A stretch of DNA of 64,000 bases, taken from an uncultured delta proteobacterium (GTDB taxonomy: Bacteria; Desulfobacterota; Binatia; Bin18). The first letter of the stretch is position 1; the number at the start of each line of letters is the position of its first letter. The translations under genes and the position numbers were made by a program. Location of the stretch: NCBI GenBank assembly GCA_963733195.1, contig CAVTCR010000062.1:352001-416000 (forward strand), written 5' to 3'. Below, piece after piece: positions 33,605-43,859 of this stretch. Below the pieces are notes generated by a model. It did no database searches. It was not told the origin of the DNA and saw only the letters and a list, made by a program, of their open reading frames with translations.

Positions 33605-35158
33605 AGTACAGTTTCAACCTTATTGATGAACCATGGATACCGTGTGTGCTTCCCAACGGAGACGCGCTAAGAACTGAGCCTGCGTGACACGTTACTCCAC
33701 GCCCATGAACTTCCGCGCCATCTTCGACCAGTCTCCTTTGGCAACGGCAGCGCTTGCATCGCTTCCTGTTAGCGATTCTCCATCGGAATTTTGGCCCGGC
33801 GTCACGCACGGAATGGAAGCAGCTTGTGGCAAGCGAAGCGATTTGATGAAGGCTCGCTCAACACATACTTCTCCCAGTGGAAGCATCGTTTTGATCTGTT
33901 CGATGAGAACGTACCTTCCTTTTATCAAGTGGCGCAGTTCAAAACGAAGCAGAAGGAGGTCGAAATTAACGACATCCTTCCCGAACTGTCCAGGGGGAAT
34001 AATCCGACCTCTGTTCGACCACACCACGGATAAAACCTGCCTCCCTCTCAGCCCGGCAGAAGCGGCAAAAGCACTGCTCACGCTTCAAGCCTATAAACTT
34101 GGCGGTCTCAGTGGATTGGAAGCGAACTACCGTGACGCACCGAGTAGCCAGAGTCAGTCTACTTGCTTGTCCTTGGGCGGTACGCTCTTTGAAACCTTGC
34201 TCCTCAACTTTGTTTCTTACTTTGGTGATAATCCGATGCCGAAAGATAGGAAACGACGCATCCTATATGGGAGCGAGAGGAAGCGTTGTCAACTGCCTCG
34301 CATCCGGAAGGATACCTCGACTACCTGACATGGCCGACGCTTTCCTTAGCTTTTGTTACCCGCATCCACTTCACACGGCGGAACTGAAGTCGCCAAGACA
34401 AAGATTGCTCTTGGGCGGAATTTTCAACGTAGCCGCATCCTTGACCCAGGCTGTGCCTATTACAAAAACGCCAAAGCAAAAGCAAAAGAAGACCCCTGGC
34501 TCTTCCTTCGCTTTTGGGAACACAAGATGCTTTGGCGAGATAGCACGACTCTTCTCCGCCTTGCTGGCCAGGAAACGCGTCCGCCTCTTGCTCTGACGCA
34601 GGTGGCGCGACTTGTAAGCGATGGAATTCTTGACGCAGGCGCGCAGTATCGCTTGGCCGCCTTTGGCATTTGTCCTGACCAAGCAAGCATCATGTTCTGG
34701 CGTCAAGAACAACTTCCCCTTACCTGTTCGTTATCTTGCCGACGAAAGCTTGGTCAGAACACGTTAAGCATTGGCTCTCAGTCGTGCGGAAACGCTACAG
34801 GTAGTACGTTGCAAAGAACGATGAATCTCTTATCCAAACGTCTGCTCTATCCCAACAAGCAAGAGACAAACCTTACAAAAGCTCAATCGGACGAAGCCGG
34901 ACGCGTGGCACTGCACTTGGCCGCAAGAGAACGCTACTGGGTCTCTCTGGAAATTCCTTTTTCCAATCTTGGCGCGAACCTTACCTGACAACTCAGACGT
35001 GGCGCTCACGGAATGGATGGAAGTACATCCGCTTAGCAGCATTGAATGCCTTCGATGAAACAACAAGCTCACTGGATCAATCAGCACGCGTGCTACGAGC
35101 AGTAGTCACGAGCCGTAGAGATACTGACCAGCAGACTGCGTTACATCCTGGAGTCTGA
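33601..35158 (+). CDS. casA: Type I-E large subunit Cas8e/Cse1 (frameshifted; end approximate)
   Basis: MKYSFNLIDEPWIPC, RFDLFD..FYQ, LFDHT, LSPAEAAKALLTLQAY, GTLFETLLLN, GYLDYLTW, LWRDS. Confidence 0.88.
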
Positions 35159-35181
35159 ACAGTAGGAAAGAGAGGTGAGAG

Positions 35182-35712
35182 ATGGCAACACAAGATTGGT
35201 AGGGATGGATTTATCAAACATCTCGAAAAACTGCGCGACCAAGAGGACCGCAGAGCGCTAGCTCTTCTACGTCGGGGGCTTGGCCGTGAGCCAGGCACAG
35301 TGCCGGAGATGTACTCTCTCGTAGTCCCATGGGTTCCGGAAAATCGATATGCGGAAGATTGCCGCGTTCCTTGTTGCCGCCCTCTTTGCGTTACATCCAC
35401 AATCTGGCGGGCAAAGAACGTTAGGAACCTGCGTTCGCTAACCTTCTGACGCAAGTGAAAGCATCGAGCAGACGCTTCGAACCGCGTTACTGAATTGTCA
35501 TCACGGATGACCTTACTGACGTCATCTCCGTCAATCCGATAAGCCTGTTACGAAGTAAGGAAATCCCTGTCAATTGGCGACAACTGTTGCAGGACGTTCT
35601 TGGGTGGGACCATGAAAGCCGTTTCGTTCAACCGCGCCTGGGCGCGGGAATTTTGGCGTACTGTCGAGCAACCCACGAGATACGGATGAGACTAAGCGAA
35701 GAGGCCGCGTGA
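35182..35712 (+). CDS. casB: Type I-E small subunit Cas11/Cse2 (frameshifted; absent from ORF track)
   Basis: Manual reading: DRRALALLRRGLGREPG, LVAALFALHP, IPVNWRQLLQDVLGW, VQRAWAREFW. Confidence 0.85.
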
Positions 35713-35772
35713 AGAATAAATCTCGGCAATAACTGCTCAACTCTAGCTCTCAACGAAAGAAAGGACTCTCGT

Positions 35773-36950
35773 ATGAAGATTGAACTACACCTCTTGCAAA
35801 ACGTAGCCCCGGCCTGCCTCAATCGCGACGATACGAACACGCCCAAAGATTGTGAGTTTGGGGGAGTACGTCGAGCGCGGATTTCCTCGCAGTGCTTGAA
35901 GCGCTCCATCCGTACCGAGCCAATGTTCGCCAATATCCTCTATAGTGAATTAGGGCATGCGGACCAAAGGCATTGTCAGCCGCCTTGCCACACGTTTAAG
36001 CGAAACAGGCAAAGCGTACGAAGAGGCCGAAGGTGTTGCTGGTGGTTTCGTGGCTGCCGCCCTCAGCGCCCTAGATGAGAAGACCTCGAAATCGAAAGTT
36101 TTGCTCTATCTGGGAGAAGACGAAGTGCAACGTATGGCCAAAATTCTTCTTGCTCAGTATGACGTCCTGCTCGCGGCGAGTAACGAGCGGCAAAAGCAAC
36201 CCCAGCAAGTGGAAAGAAGAGCAAAAGCGATCCGTTTAAGGATGCTTGTGCACAAGTGGCGAAAGGCTTTAAGAGTGGGACGAAAGCGGTCAATATCGCC
36301 CTGTTCGGTCGAATGATGGCTGAACATCCAGAAACCAATGTCGATGCCGCTTGCCAGGTCGCCCACGCCATTTCTACCAACAAAGTCTCCATGGAAATGG
36401 ATTTCTACACGGCAGTCGATGATCTCCAAAGACGATGCGGAAACCGGGGCAGGCATGATGGGGTTTACCGGCTTCAACTCCTCCTGCTTTTACCGTTATG
36501 CAGTCATCGACCTTGCCCAACTCGTCAAAAATCTCAACAACGACCTCGAACTAGCACATAATGCCGTTGAGGCATTTCTCCGCTGCATCTGTCACCGCTT
36601 CCCTGCCGCCAAGCAAAACTCGATGGCTGCGCATAATCCACCCGATGCGATCTTCGCTGTAGTTCGGGAGAATGGTGCTCCGGTATCTCTCGCTAATGCT
36701 TTTGCAAAACCGGTACGTCCCAGCCACGACAGTGACTTGATGGAAGAGTCGATTGCGCAGGCTGGACTGACGTATTGGGGAAAATTGAGCAACCGTGTAT
36801 GGTAAACATGGGGTTACAGCCAAAGCCATTTGTGTTGTTCCAGAGGTGGAACTGAAAAATCTAAAAGATGACATAAAAAGGCATCCTCTGCAGAAACGTC
36901 AGTGAAAGTCGTCAAAGATGCACTGCAAAAGATCACAAGTGGAGACCAGT
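35773..36950 (+). CDS. cas7: Cas7/Cse4 backbone subunit (frameshifted)
   Basis: [86 protein letters not shown]. Confidence 0.95.
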
Positions 36951-36951
36951 C

Positions 36952-37685
36952 ATGAGATGTTATGCTACTCTGCATCTGGTTGGCCCAATGCAGTCATGGG
37001 GAACTCAAAGCCGCTTTTCAATCCGTGACACCGGGCTGGAGCCATCCAAAGAGCGGCGTCGTGCGGCTTGCTTTGCGCTGCTCTTGGGCCGCCCACGTGC
37101 CACGCCAGTAGATGACCTTGCCGCCTTACGCATGGGAGTCCGGGTAGACCGCGAGGGGCGCATGGAAAAAGATTATCACACCACCGATGGACAACGTGAG
37201 GGCACCCCCGGCCCGCGCGGAGTTCTGAAAGCCGGCGGTGGTCTTTCCTACAACGCGGTGTTGTCGACTCGCTTCTACCTCGCTGATGCCGCGTTTCTTG
37301 TTGGTCTGGAAAGCGATGACCTGAATCTTTTGCGCAAACTGGACCGCGCCCTTGCCGATCCAGTCTGGCCGCTTTTTCTCGGACGCAAGGCGTTTCCCCC
37401 AAGTTCACCTGTTCGTCTAGACTGATGGCCTACGCGAAGGAGAAAGCCTGGAAAAAGCGCTGCATGGGTATCAACGCATTGCTACGGCGAGGCGAGGAAA
37501 ATGAGAATACGCTGCTTCGCCTCGTAATGGAAACCTCCACGGGTGAGATGGTGCGTGTTGACCAACCGCTCTCGTTTGCGACCCGTCGCTTCACCCAGCG
37601 ACGAGTAACAACGGCTTGGGTTGCGGCCAACACGCTCTCCTGCAGGAAAGGAGGATCTAATGTTTCTCTCTCAGCTTACCCTTAA
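36952..37685 (+). CDS. cas5: Cas5e
   Basis: LVGPMQSWG..RDTGLEPSK, GVRVDREG..DYHT, RFYLADAAFLVGLE, PVWPLFLGRKAFPPS. Confidence 0.93.
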
Positions 37686-38295
37686 CCCTGTCATCGCGCC
37701 GTGTGCAGGACAGAAATCGGGCGTCCCTACGAGTTACATCGAACTTTGATGCGAGCGTTTCCGTCTGCTCAAGACGAAGGAAGCGACCGTGTTCTCTTTC
37801 GAGTCGAGACGAATCGCGAGACCGGAGCAATCATACTACTCGTGCAGTCAGTCCAGGAACCGAATTGGCAACAGCCCCAGAAACCAGCACCGACTTTTCA
37901 CAGGAACCGCCGAAGTGTAAGCAATTCACTCCAGTCCTTCAGAACCGGTCAACAGCTTAAATTTTCGCCTGCGTGCGAATCCAACCGTCAAACGTCAAGG
38001 CAAGCGTTTCGGGTTGATGAAAGAAGACGAACAATATGTGTGGTTACGACGAAAGGGCGAAACAGGTGGGTTCGCGCCCCTTTCAATTGTTGTCATTCCA
38101 GAGAGACAAATGGAGGACAAAAAAACAGACGATACCGGACATACTCACGATTTGACTCTGATCGCCGTTCGCTTTGATGGCGTCTTGCAGATAACCGACC
38201 TGACAACATTTAACCGGACCTTGGAGCAAGGCGTTGGGAGTGGGAAAGGATTTGGGTTTGGACTGCTCTCGGTTGCACCTAGTGAGGTGAGAGCA
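37660..38295 (+). CDS. cas6e: Cas6e/Cse3 endoribonuclease
   Basis: MFLSQLTLN, PYELHRTLMRAF, RVLFRVE, FRLRANPT-like motif, VRFDGVL..GVGSGKGFGFGLLS. Confidence 0.93.
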
Positions 38296-39200
38296 ATGCG
38301 TAGTTTACATGAACTTCCGCGATTTCGTGACCGTTGGAGCTACCTCTACCTGGAAAAAGGACGGATGGAGGTAGACGGCAGTGGCCTGAAGTTTTCCAAA
38401 AGGGACCGAGACGGACGATATTCCAGTCCCCATCGATCAACTGGCTGTTATCATGCTCGGTCCAGGAACGACCGATTACCCACGCCGCAGTACAGATCAC
38501 TCGCTCAGAACAACTGTTTACTCACCTGGACAGGCGAACAAGGGGTCCGTCTATATGCCGCCAATACGGGCGGGACCTTCAGTGCACGACGAATCATCCG
38601 CCAGGCTGCTTTAGTAAGCGATGAGCGGTCTCGCATCGACGTTGCCAAGCGGATGTATCAGTTTCGTTTTGCCGAGCCGCTGCCCGGAAGATGCACTCAC
38701 TTGAAGTCATTCGCGGCATGGAAGGCATTCGCGTGCGCAAGGTATATGCCGAAATTGCCGACACAATGTTTGGCGTAGAATGGAAAGGTCGGAATTATGA
38801 TCAAACTGAGCTGGTCGTAACGCTGACCCGATCAATCGTGCACTATCCACTGCGACAGCATGTCTCTATGGCCTTTGTCACGCGGCCATCCTCTCGGCAG
38901 GGTATTCCCACGCTTTAGGGTTCATTCATACCGGGAAGATGTTGAGCTTCGTCTACGACATCGCCGACCTGTACAAAACTGAAATCGTGATTCCTCTCGC
39001 CTTTCGCATCGTGAGCCAGAAGCCAGAAGATCTTAGAGCGTACAGTTCGACTTGCATGTCGTGATGCCTTTGCCGATTCACGGCTTAATGAACCGCATAC
39101 TGCCTGATATCGCGGAGGTGCTTCATGCTGGTGATGATAGTCGAGAGAGTATCGACGAGTTTAAGGAACGACATTGTCACGTTGGCTCATTGAGCCAAGT
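38296..39200 (+). CDS. cas1: Cas1 (type I-E; frameshifted; end approximate)
   Basis: [67 protein letters not shown]. Confidence 0.93.
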
Positions 39201-39453
39201 ACGGGAGTCTTCGTTGGGAATCCCAGTGCGCGAATTCGTGACGAATTGTGGAAGAAAGTCCTTGATGAACGCCCCCGAAGGAAGCGGCCTTACAGATTTG
39301 GTCAGCGCAAACACCCGCAAGGATTCGCGTACCGGCAACATAACCCGGCGCCATACGAGAACTAGTAATTATTGAGGGCATCAACGCTCGTCCGAACTAT
39401 TAACAAAGAGATATTTCCTCAATCGAAAGGAAGAAACAGTAAATTCCTTGTGA
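39125..39453 (+). CDS. cas2: Cas2 (type I-E; end approximate)
   Basis: [37 protein letters not shown]. Confidence 0.88.
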
Positions 39454-39489
39454 CGCAAAGTTTCAGAACGTTTGTTTGCAGTTTCCAGA

Positions 39490-40075
39490 GTCTTCCCCAC
39501 ACGCGTGGGGGTGAACCGACACTGCGCTGGCATTGCAGATGTACTACAAGATGTCTTCCCCACACGCGTGGGGGTGAACCGTGTCCGTCAGTCCTGCTAG
39601 TCGGCTTCGCTATCTGTCTTCCCCACACACGTGGGGGTGAACCGACGCCGGAGTGGGCGCGGAAAACTGGCGCGGAAGTCTTCCCCACACACGTGGGGGT
39701 GAACCGACACTGATCGGGCTTCTATTGGCGAGGAGCGCAGTCTTCCCCACACACGTGGGGGTGAACCGTCTTTAAGGCACATGTTCCGAACGACATTCCT
39801 GTCTTCCCCACACACGTGGGGGTGAACCGGCCGCACTCACCAGCCTGTCCGCTAGCGCCAGTCTTCCCCACACACGTGGGGGTGAACCGTCCAAGCGACT
39901 AATATCGTCGATGTCACGCTGGTCTTCCCCACGCACGTGGGGGTGAACCGCACTATCGTAGATCGGCACGGAACACGTTGACGAGTCTTCCCCACGCACG
40001 TGGGGGTGAACCGGCGACAGTAGGATGTCAGTATCAGAGATGTTTCGTCTTCCCCACGCACGTGGGGGTGAACCA
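39490..40075 (+). CRISPR. Type I-E CRISPR array: 10 repeats of 29 bp (GTCTTCCCCAC-NNNN-GTGGGGGTGAACCG), 9 spacers of 31-34 bp
   Basis: Repeats start at 39490, 39553, 39616, 39678, 39740, 39801, 39861, 39922, 39985, 40047; the last ends in A instead of G. Confidence 0.98.
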
Positions 40076-40078
40076 TCA

Positions 40079-40119
40079 GTGATAAAACTTTCCTTGTGAT
40101 GCCGAAAGGCGTTGAGCAC
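40079..40119 (+). repeat. Orphan CRISPR-repeat-like unit A (type I-B/Myxococcus-dev-like class)
   Basis: gtgataaaactttccttGTGATGCCGAAAGGCGTTGAGCAC; hairpin GATGCC-GAAA-GGCGTT. Confidence 0.65.
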
Positions 40120-40266
40120 GAGGGATAAGTTTCTCGCTCCTGGTTTCTAGTTTCGATTTTCAGATCGGCGTGAGCTTCTTTGAAATGTCGTGGACATCTG
40201 GATCTCTTATACCTTCGTGTGCACGGCGCACGCTACAGGATTGGTGAGCGGGGCTTTTTCTATTGA

Positions 40267-40666
40267 CTAATAGTCGTCCACTTGCAGATTCGGAATTCTG
40301 GAAGTGTCGGAGGTTTCGGGTAATAACAGTGTCGTTATCCACTAACGCTTGGGGGCCAATCAGCAGGTCCATAGTCGCAACCGTGTATCGTTGTCGCTTC
40401 AGCTCGGAAAGGATTTCCCCGTAAACCGGCGCAAAGCGTTCGTCGGGGTACACCACTTCGAACTGTTCACAAATGCGCCGTACCCTGTGGCGCTCCTCAG
40501 GGTCCTGAGAAAGTGCTACGCCAGCTTCAAGCTCGCACACCACAAAGACACTCAGTCGAACAGGAGAGTTTCCCAACTGTTGAAGCTTTTTATGCACGCG
40601 TCCTGTAACGCTACAACGCTGTTCTCGAAGGAGGTCTATAACAAAAGTAGTATCAAAGAAACTCAT
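40267..40666 (-). CDS. vapC: VapC-family PIN toxin (frameshift near 3' end; true end IPNLQVDDY*)
   Basis: FFDTTFVIDLL, VVCELEAG, MDLLIG..AL..ITRNLRHF. Confidence 0.9.
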
Positions 40667-40896
40667 AGCCGCAGGATGCGTGCTGAATGCCGACGGCGCT
40701 CTTTGACCTGCATCTCGATCTCGTCGAGGCTTTCCTCTGTCAAGGTGAGGGAAGGCAATGCGCGTAAAAGCGCTGCGGCAGTTTTGTGCTTCCCAAAATG
40801 TTTCTTGATGACTGTCGAGAATGATTGTCCAGGTCGCTTTTGGCGAGACAAGATCTCATACGCATCCATGTCGATAGTAATAGTCTTGACTGCCAT
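40663..40896 (-). CDS. vapB: VapB-family antitoxin (DUF217-like)
   Basis: MAVKTITIDMDAYEILSRQKRPGQSFSTVIKK; overlaps the vapC start (ATGA). Confidence 0.85.
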   Translation of the reverse strand: MAVKTITIDMDAYEILSRQKRPGQSFSTVIKKHFGKHKTAAALLRALPSLTLTEESLDEIEMQVKERRRHSARILRL

Positions 40897-40942
40897 GCGC
40901 TGAGCGTACACTGATTTTGGCCCGAAAACAACGATTATTCCT

Positions 40943-40978
40943 CGATGTCCCTTTGTGATGCCGAAAGACGTTGAGCAC
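40943..40978 (+). repeat. Orphan CRISPR-repeat-like unit B
   Basis: ccctttGTGATGCCGAAAGACGTTGAGCAC; 23/24 identical to the core of unit A. Confidence 0.65.
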
Positions 40979-41126
40979 TTCAGACAGAGACGAGAGATAA
41001 AGACAGAGTTGAAAGCTAGATCTGTTATCGTGCGCCTAATGAATGCTATGGAATTAGTGGACGATGCCCACCCTACTGACTGTAGGTTCTCTAATTCATT
41101 TGTGGATTATACCGTTCATGCGTCGA

Positions 41127-41216
41127 CTGCACCCTGCGGGTGGAGTTTATCCTGAGCCAGGTCGAAGGACTCAGCACGAACGGACCGCGAAAGCCGCTCG
41201 TCTTGAGCGGAGCGAA
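41127..41216. repeat. REP/MITE-like element, copy 3
   Basis: ggagtttatcctgagccaggtcgaaggactcagcacgaacgg..cttgagcggagcgaa. Confidence 0.6.
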
Positions 41217-41246
41217 GACGTGCCCGTACCCAAGAACGGCGAGGTC
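41217..41246 (+). repeat. Relic copy of the DUF4139 gene 3' end (direct repeat of 27701-27730)
   Basis: gacgtgcccgtacccaagaacggcgaggtc versus gatgtgcctgtaccacagaacggcgaggtc, 26/30 identical; DVPVPKNGEV versus [10 protein letters not shown]. Confidence 0.8.
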
Positions 41247-41318
41247 GTGGTTGAACAGAACAGAGGATGACTCCGTCTAATAGAAACAAACTCGCCTTCT
41301 GCTTGGGGGAAACTTGAT

Positions 41319-43637
41319 ATGAGTCTATCTCGCAGTGTCATCGTTGGCACGGTCATCTTGGTTGTTACTTTTGTTGCTCATGCCGAAGAAACCACGCAAA
41401 AGGTGGTCCCTTCCTCGGCACAACCGGTTAACAAATCAACGGAAGCGCAAATCTTCGAGAAGATCCTGGCTCAATATAACAATCTGACCTACGACCAACT
41501 CAAGGCGGAGCTAAAACCTCGCCAGTATTTAGACAAGTTATCCTTCGATCCCGCCACGGTGAAGTATTTCGACAGAGCTGCCTCAGGATTAAAACTGAAT
41601 GACCAAGAACGAGCGATCTTCAAACGCAACGGTTTTGTCTCTGTCGATCATGATCAACGCTACAGTTTTGCATCAGCCTACTACGCAATTTACACAAGAG
41701 ATTTGCCTGTCCTGATCACGACTGACTCTATTCTTCATGCAATGCATCGCTCCTACGATCAGATCTTGCTCGAACTGGAGATGACCTTTTTTTCCTACAC
41801 GATTGAGGAAGTCCTCACTGCTTGCCACGAAGAACTCTCTCGACTCGCAGAGCAGAATCGCAATCCTGTCCTTGTGGATCACTATCGCGATGTCGACCTC
41901 TATCTAACCGTTGCACGTAACCTTCTTGCTGGAGCAGGCGCTGACGTATCTGCTCCACCAGACCCCAGCGGAGAGCAGGAAATGGATGAATGGAAAGGAT
42001 ACCTACTCGTTACGTCGAAAATGGAGCAAGATGCCAAGGTCTTAGAGATTCTTAGCCCCGTCCGTTCATTAACGCTGCAAACACCAGGGCTTCCGCTCAC
42101 AACCATTTATGGCGGTGAGCGTTCCATTGATTACTCACAGTTTCGTCCTCGTGGTCATTACACTAAGGCGACAATCTTAAAGCGATATTTCCGTACTATG
42201 ATGTGGATCGGACGGGCAGATTGTGGTTGGAATATCAACTCGGATCGCGAACTCGGAAACGCTGTCCTGTTGGTTGAATTGCTCACAAAAACCAACAGCA
42301 TCAAACGGATTCAAACGCTTGATGACCTTATCACCTTCATGGTCGGCAGAAGTGATAACCTGCGCATCTTTGACTTGCTCAGGATCATGCAGGATCACCA
42401 GCTCACCACACTCGGAGACATTACGAATGTAGCCACGCGAGAGCTACTCAAAAAGGCGATTGCGTCAGGAGCGTATGGCCAACAACGGATTCGCTCTCAG
42501 GTTATGAAGTCTTTCCCTGACGTGCCAGAGAAGGTCGCACCTCCACAGATTTTCCAGTTATTCGGTCAGCGCCTTGTCATCGACTCGTTCCTGTTATCGC
42601 AGGTCGTCTTCGATTCCATCGTCTATCAAGGAAAGAAGGTTCAGCGCTTTATGCCTACAGGGCTCGATGTCATGGCTGCGTTGGGGAACACCGAAACCAT
42701 TCCGCTCCTGGCTGCTGAGCTGACACAGTATCCGTACAGTGCGAACCTGAAGGCAGGCCAAGTGTTTGTGGGTCTCTATGATCCCGACTTTTGGCGCGAG
42801 AATCTGTATAACATCTGGCTCGACGCATTACGCATACTTGACGATGACATGACGCAACAAAAGCACTTTCCCCAAATTATGCGTACTCAGACATGGCAGA
42901 TGAAACAACTACAAACACAGCTGGCCTCTTGGGCTGAGCTACGTCACGATACGATTTTGTATGCAAAGCAATCCTATACTGCCTTCGCGGTGTGCGAGTA
43001 CCCAACCGGGTACGTGGAACCCTACCCTCACCTTTATGCCAAGGTAAAAGATTTTGCCAAAGAAACAGTGCGGCTTTTGGAGAAAATCGACTTTTCTTCT
43101 CCCAATGCCCAGAAATACGGCGAACTAGGCCTAATGAAAATGCGACAGCTCGCTTTCCTAAACACGATGACGGGTCACCTTGGTCAACTTGAAAAATTAG
43201 CGCAAAAGGAACTCATGGCCCAACCATTCACTTCTGAGGAGCAACTGTTTCTGAAGAAGACGATTGATGCCCGCGGGGGGGGAAGTGGCGGACCCAATTA
43301 TGACGGTTGGTACTGTGATCTTTTCTATGGAGGTGAGTATGCGGCGATGAAATGGGACCCCACCATCGCTGACGTACATACGGACCCGAATAGTGGGCAA
43401 GTCTTAGAAGTGGGCGTTGGGGATGCCAATTTTCTGGTTGCCGCGATTGACAACGAAGAGGATCATCTGGTCTATGTCGGCCCGATGTTCTCGTATTACG
43501 AATTCACACAACCAGCAAGTAAACGCCTTACCGATGAAGAATGGCAGAATAAGATCTCTAACAACATGTTGCCACCACGACCAACATGGACTTCTTCATT
43601 CCAAGGACCTCGGCAGAAACGCGAGGCCGGACGGTGA
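41319..43637 (+). CDS. DUF3160-domain secreted protein
   Basis: Signal peptide; ITTDSILH, DYSQFRPRGHYT, YFRTMMW, LASWAELRHDTILYAKQSY, GYVEP, IADVHT, GPMFSYYEF..RLTDEEW. Confidence 0.88.
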   Translation: MSLSRSVIVGTVILVVTFVAHAEETTQKVVPSSAQPVNKSTEAQIFEKILAQYNNLTYDQLKAELKPRQYLDKLSFDPATVKYFDRAASGLKLNDQERAIFKRNGFVSVDHDQRYSFASAYYAIYTRDLPVLITTDSILHAMHRSYDQILLELEMTFFSYTIEEVLTACHEELSRLAEQNRNPVLVDHYRDVDLYLTVARNLLAGAGADVSAPPDPSGEQEMDEWKGYLLVTSKMEQDAKVLEILSPVRSLTLQTPGLPLTTIYGGERSIDYSQFRPRGHYTKATILKRYFRTMMWIGRADCGWNINSDRELGNAVLLVELLTKTNSIKRIQTLDDLITFMVGRSDNLRIFDLLRIMQDHQLTTLGDITNVATRELLKKAIASGAYGQQRIRSQVMKSFPDVPEKVAPPQIFQLFGQRLVIDSFLLSQVVFDSIVYQGKKVQRFMPTGLDVMAALGNTETIPLLAAELTQYPYSANLKAGQVFVGLYDPDFWRENLYNIWLDALRILDDDMTQQKHFPQIMRTQTWQMKQLQTQLASWAELRHDTILYAKQSYTAFAVCEYPTGYVEPYPHLYAKVKDFAKETVRLLEKIDFSSPNAQKYGELGLMKMRQLAFLNTMTGHLGQLEKLAQKELMAQPFTSEEQLFLKKTIDARGGGSGGPNYDGWYCDLFYGGEYAAMKWDPTIADVHTDPNSGQVLEVGVGDANFLVAAIDNEEDHLVYVGPMFSYYEFTQPASKRLTDEEWQNKISNNMLPPRPTWTSSFQGPRQKREAGR

Positions 43638-43859
43638 ATCGTCCGAAGTTCCGTAGGTTGTGCAGAAGCGAAGCGTTGCCCAACAATCAGTAGCGCATGG
43701 GGTTTGGCACGAGCAGTTCAATCTACGGAGATCATTCTCCATCTCTCTTCATGTCTCCCTCGCACGTCGAGGACTAAGAGTCGAGAATAGTCTTCAGTGC
43801 GTGGTTCCGCTCCCCCCTCCACCAGTTATTCGCGTGTGGATATCGCGCGTTAGCTCTCA

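Noticed and set aside
33601-37685. Possible HNH fusion on Cas8e or Cas5e
   Set aside because: Both have ordinary length and termini, no HNH motif was seen, and Cas3 is present.
28992-40075. CRISPR-associated transposon (CAST)
   Set aside because: The only transposase is an IS disrupting the regulator; there is no tnsABC/tniQ, and cas3, cas1 and cas2 are present.
39372-40119. ORFs of 60-115 aa over the CRISPR array
   Set aside because: They are translations of repeats and spacers, not genes.
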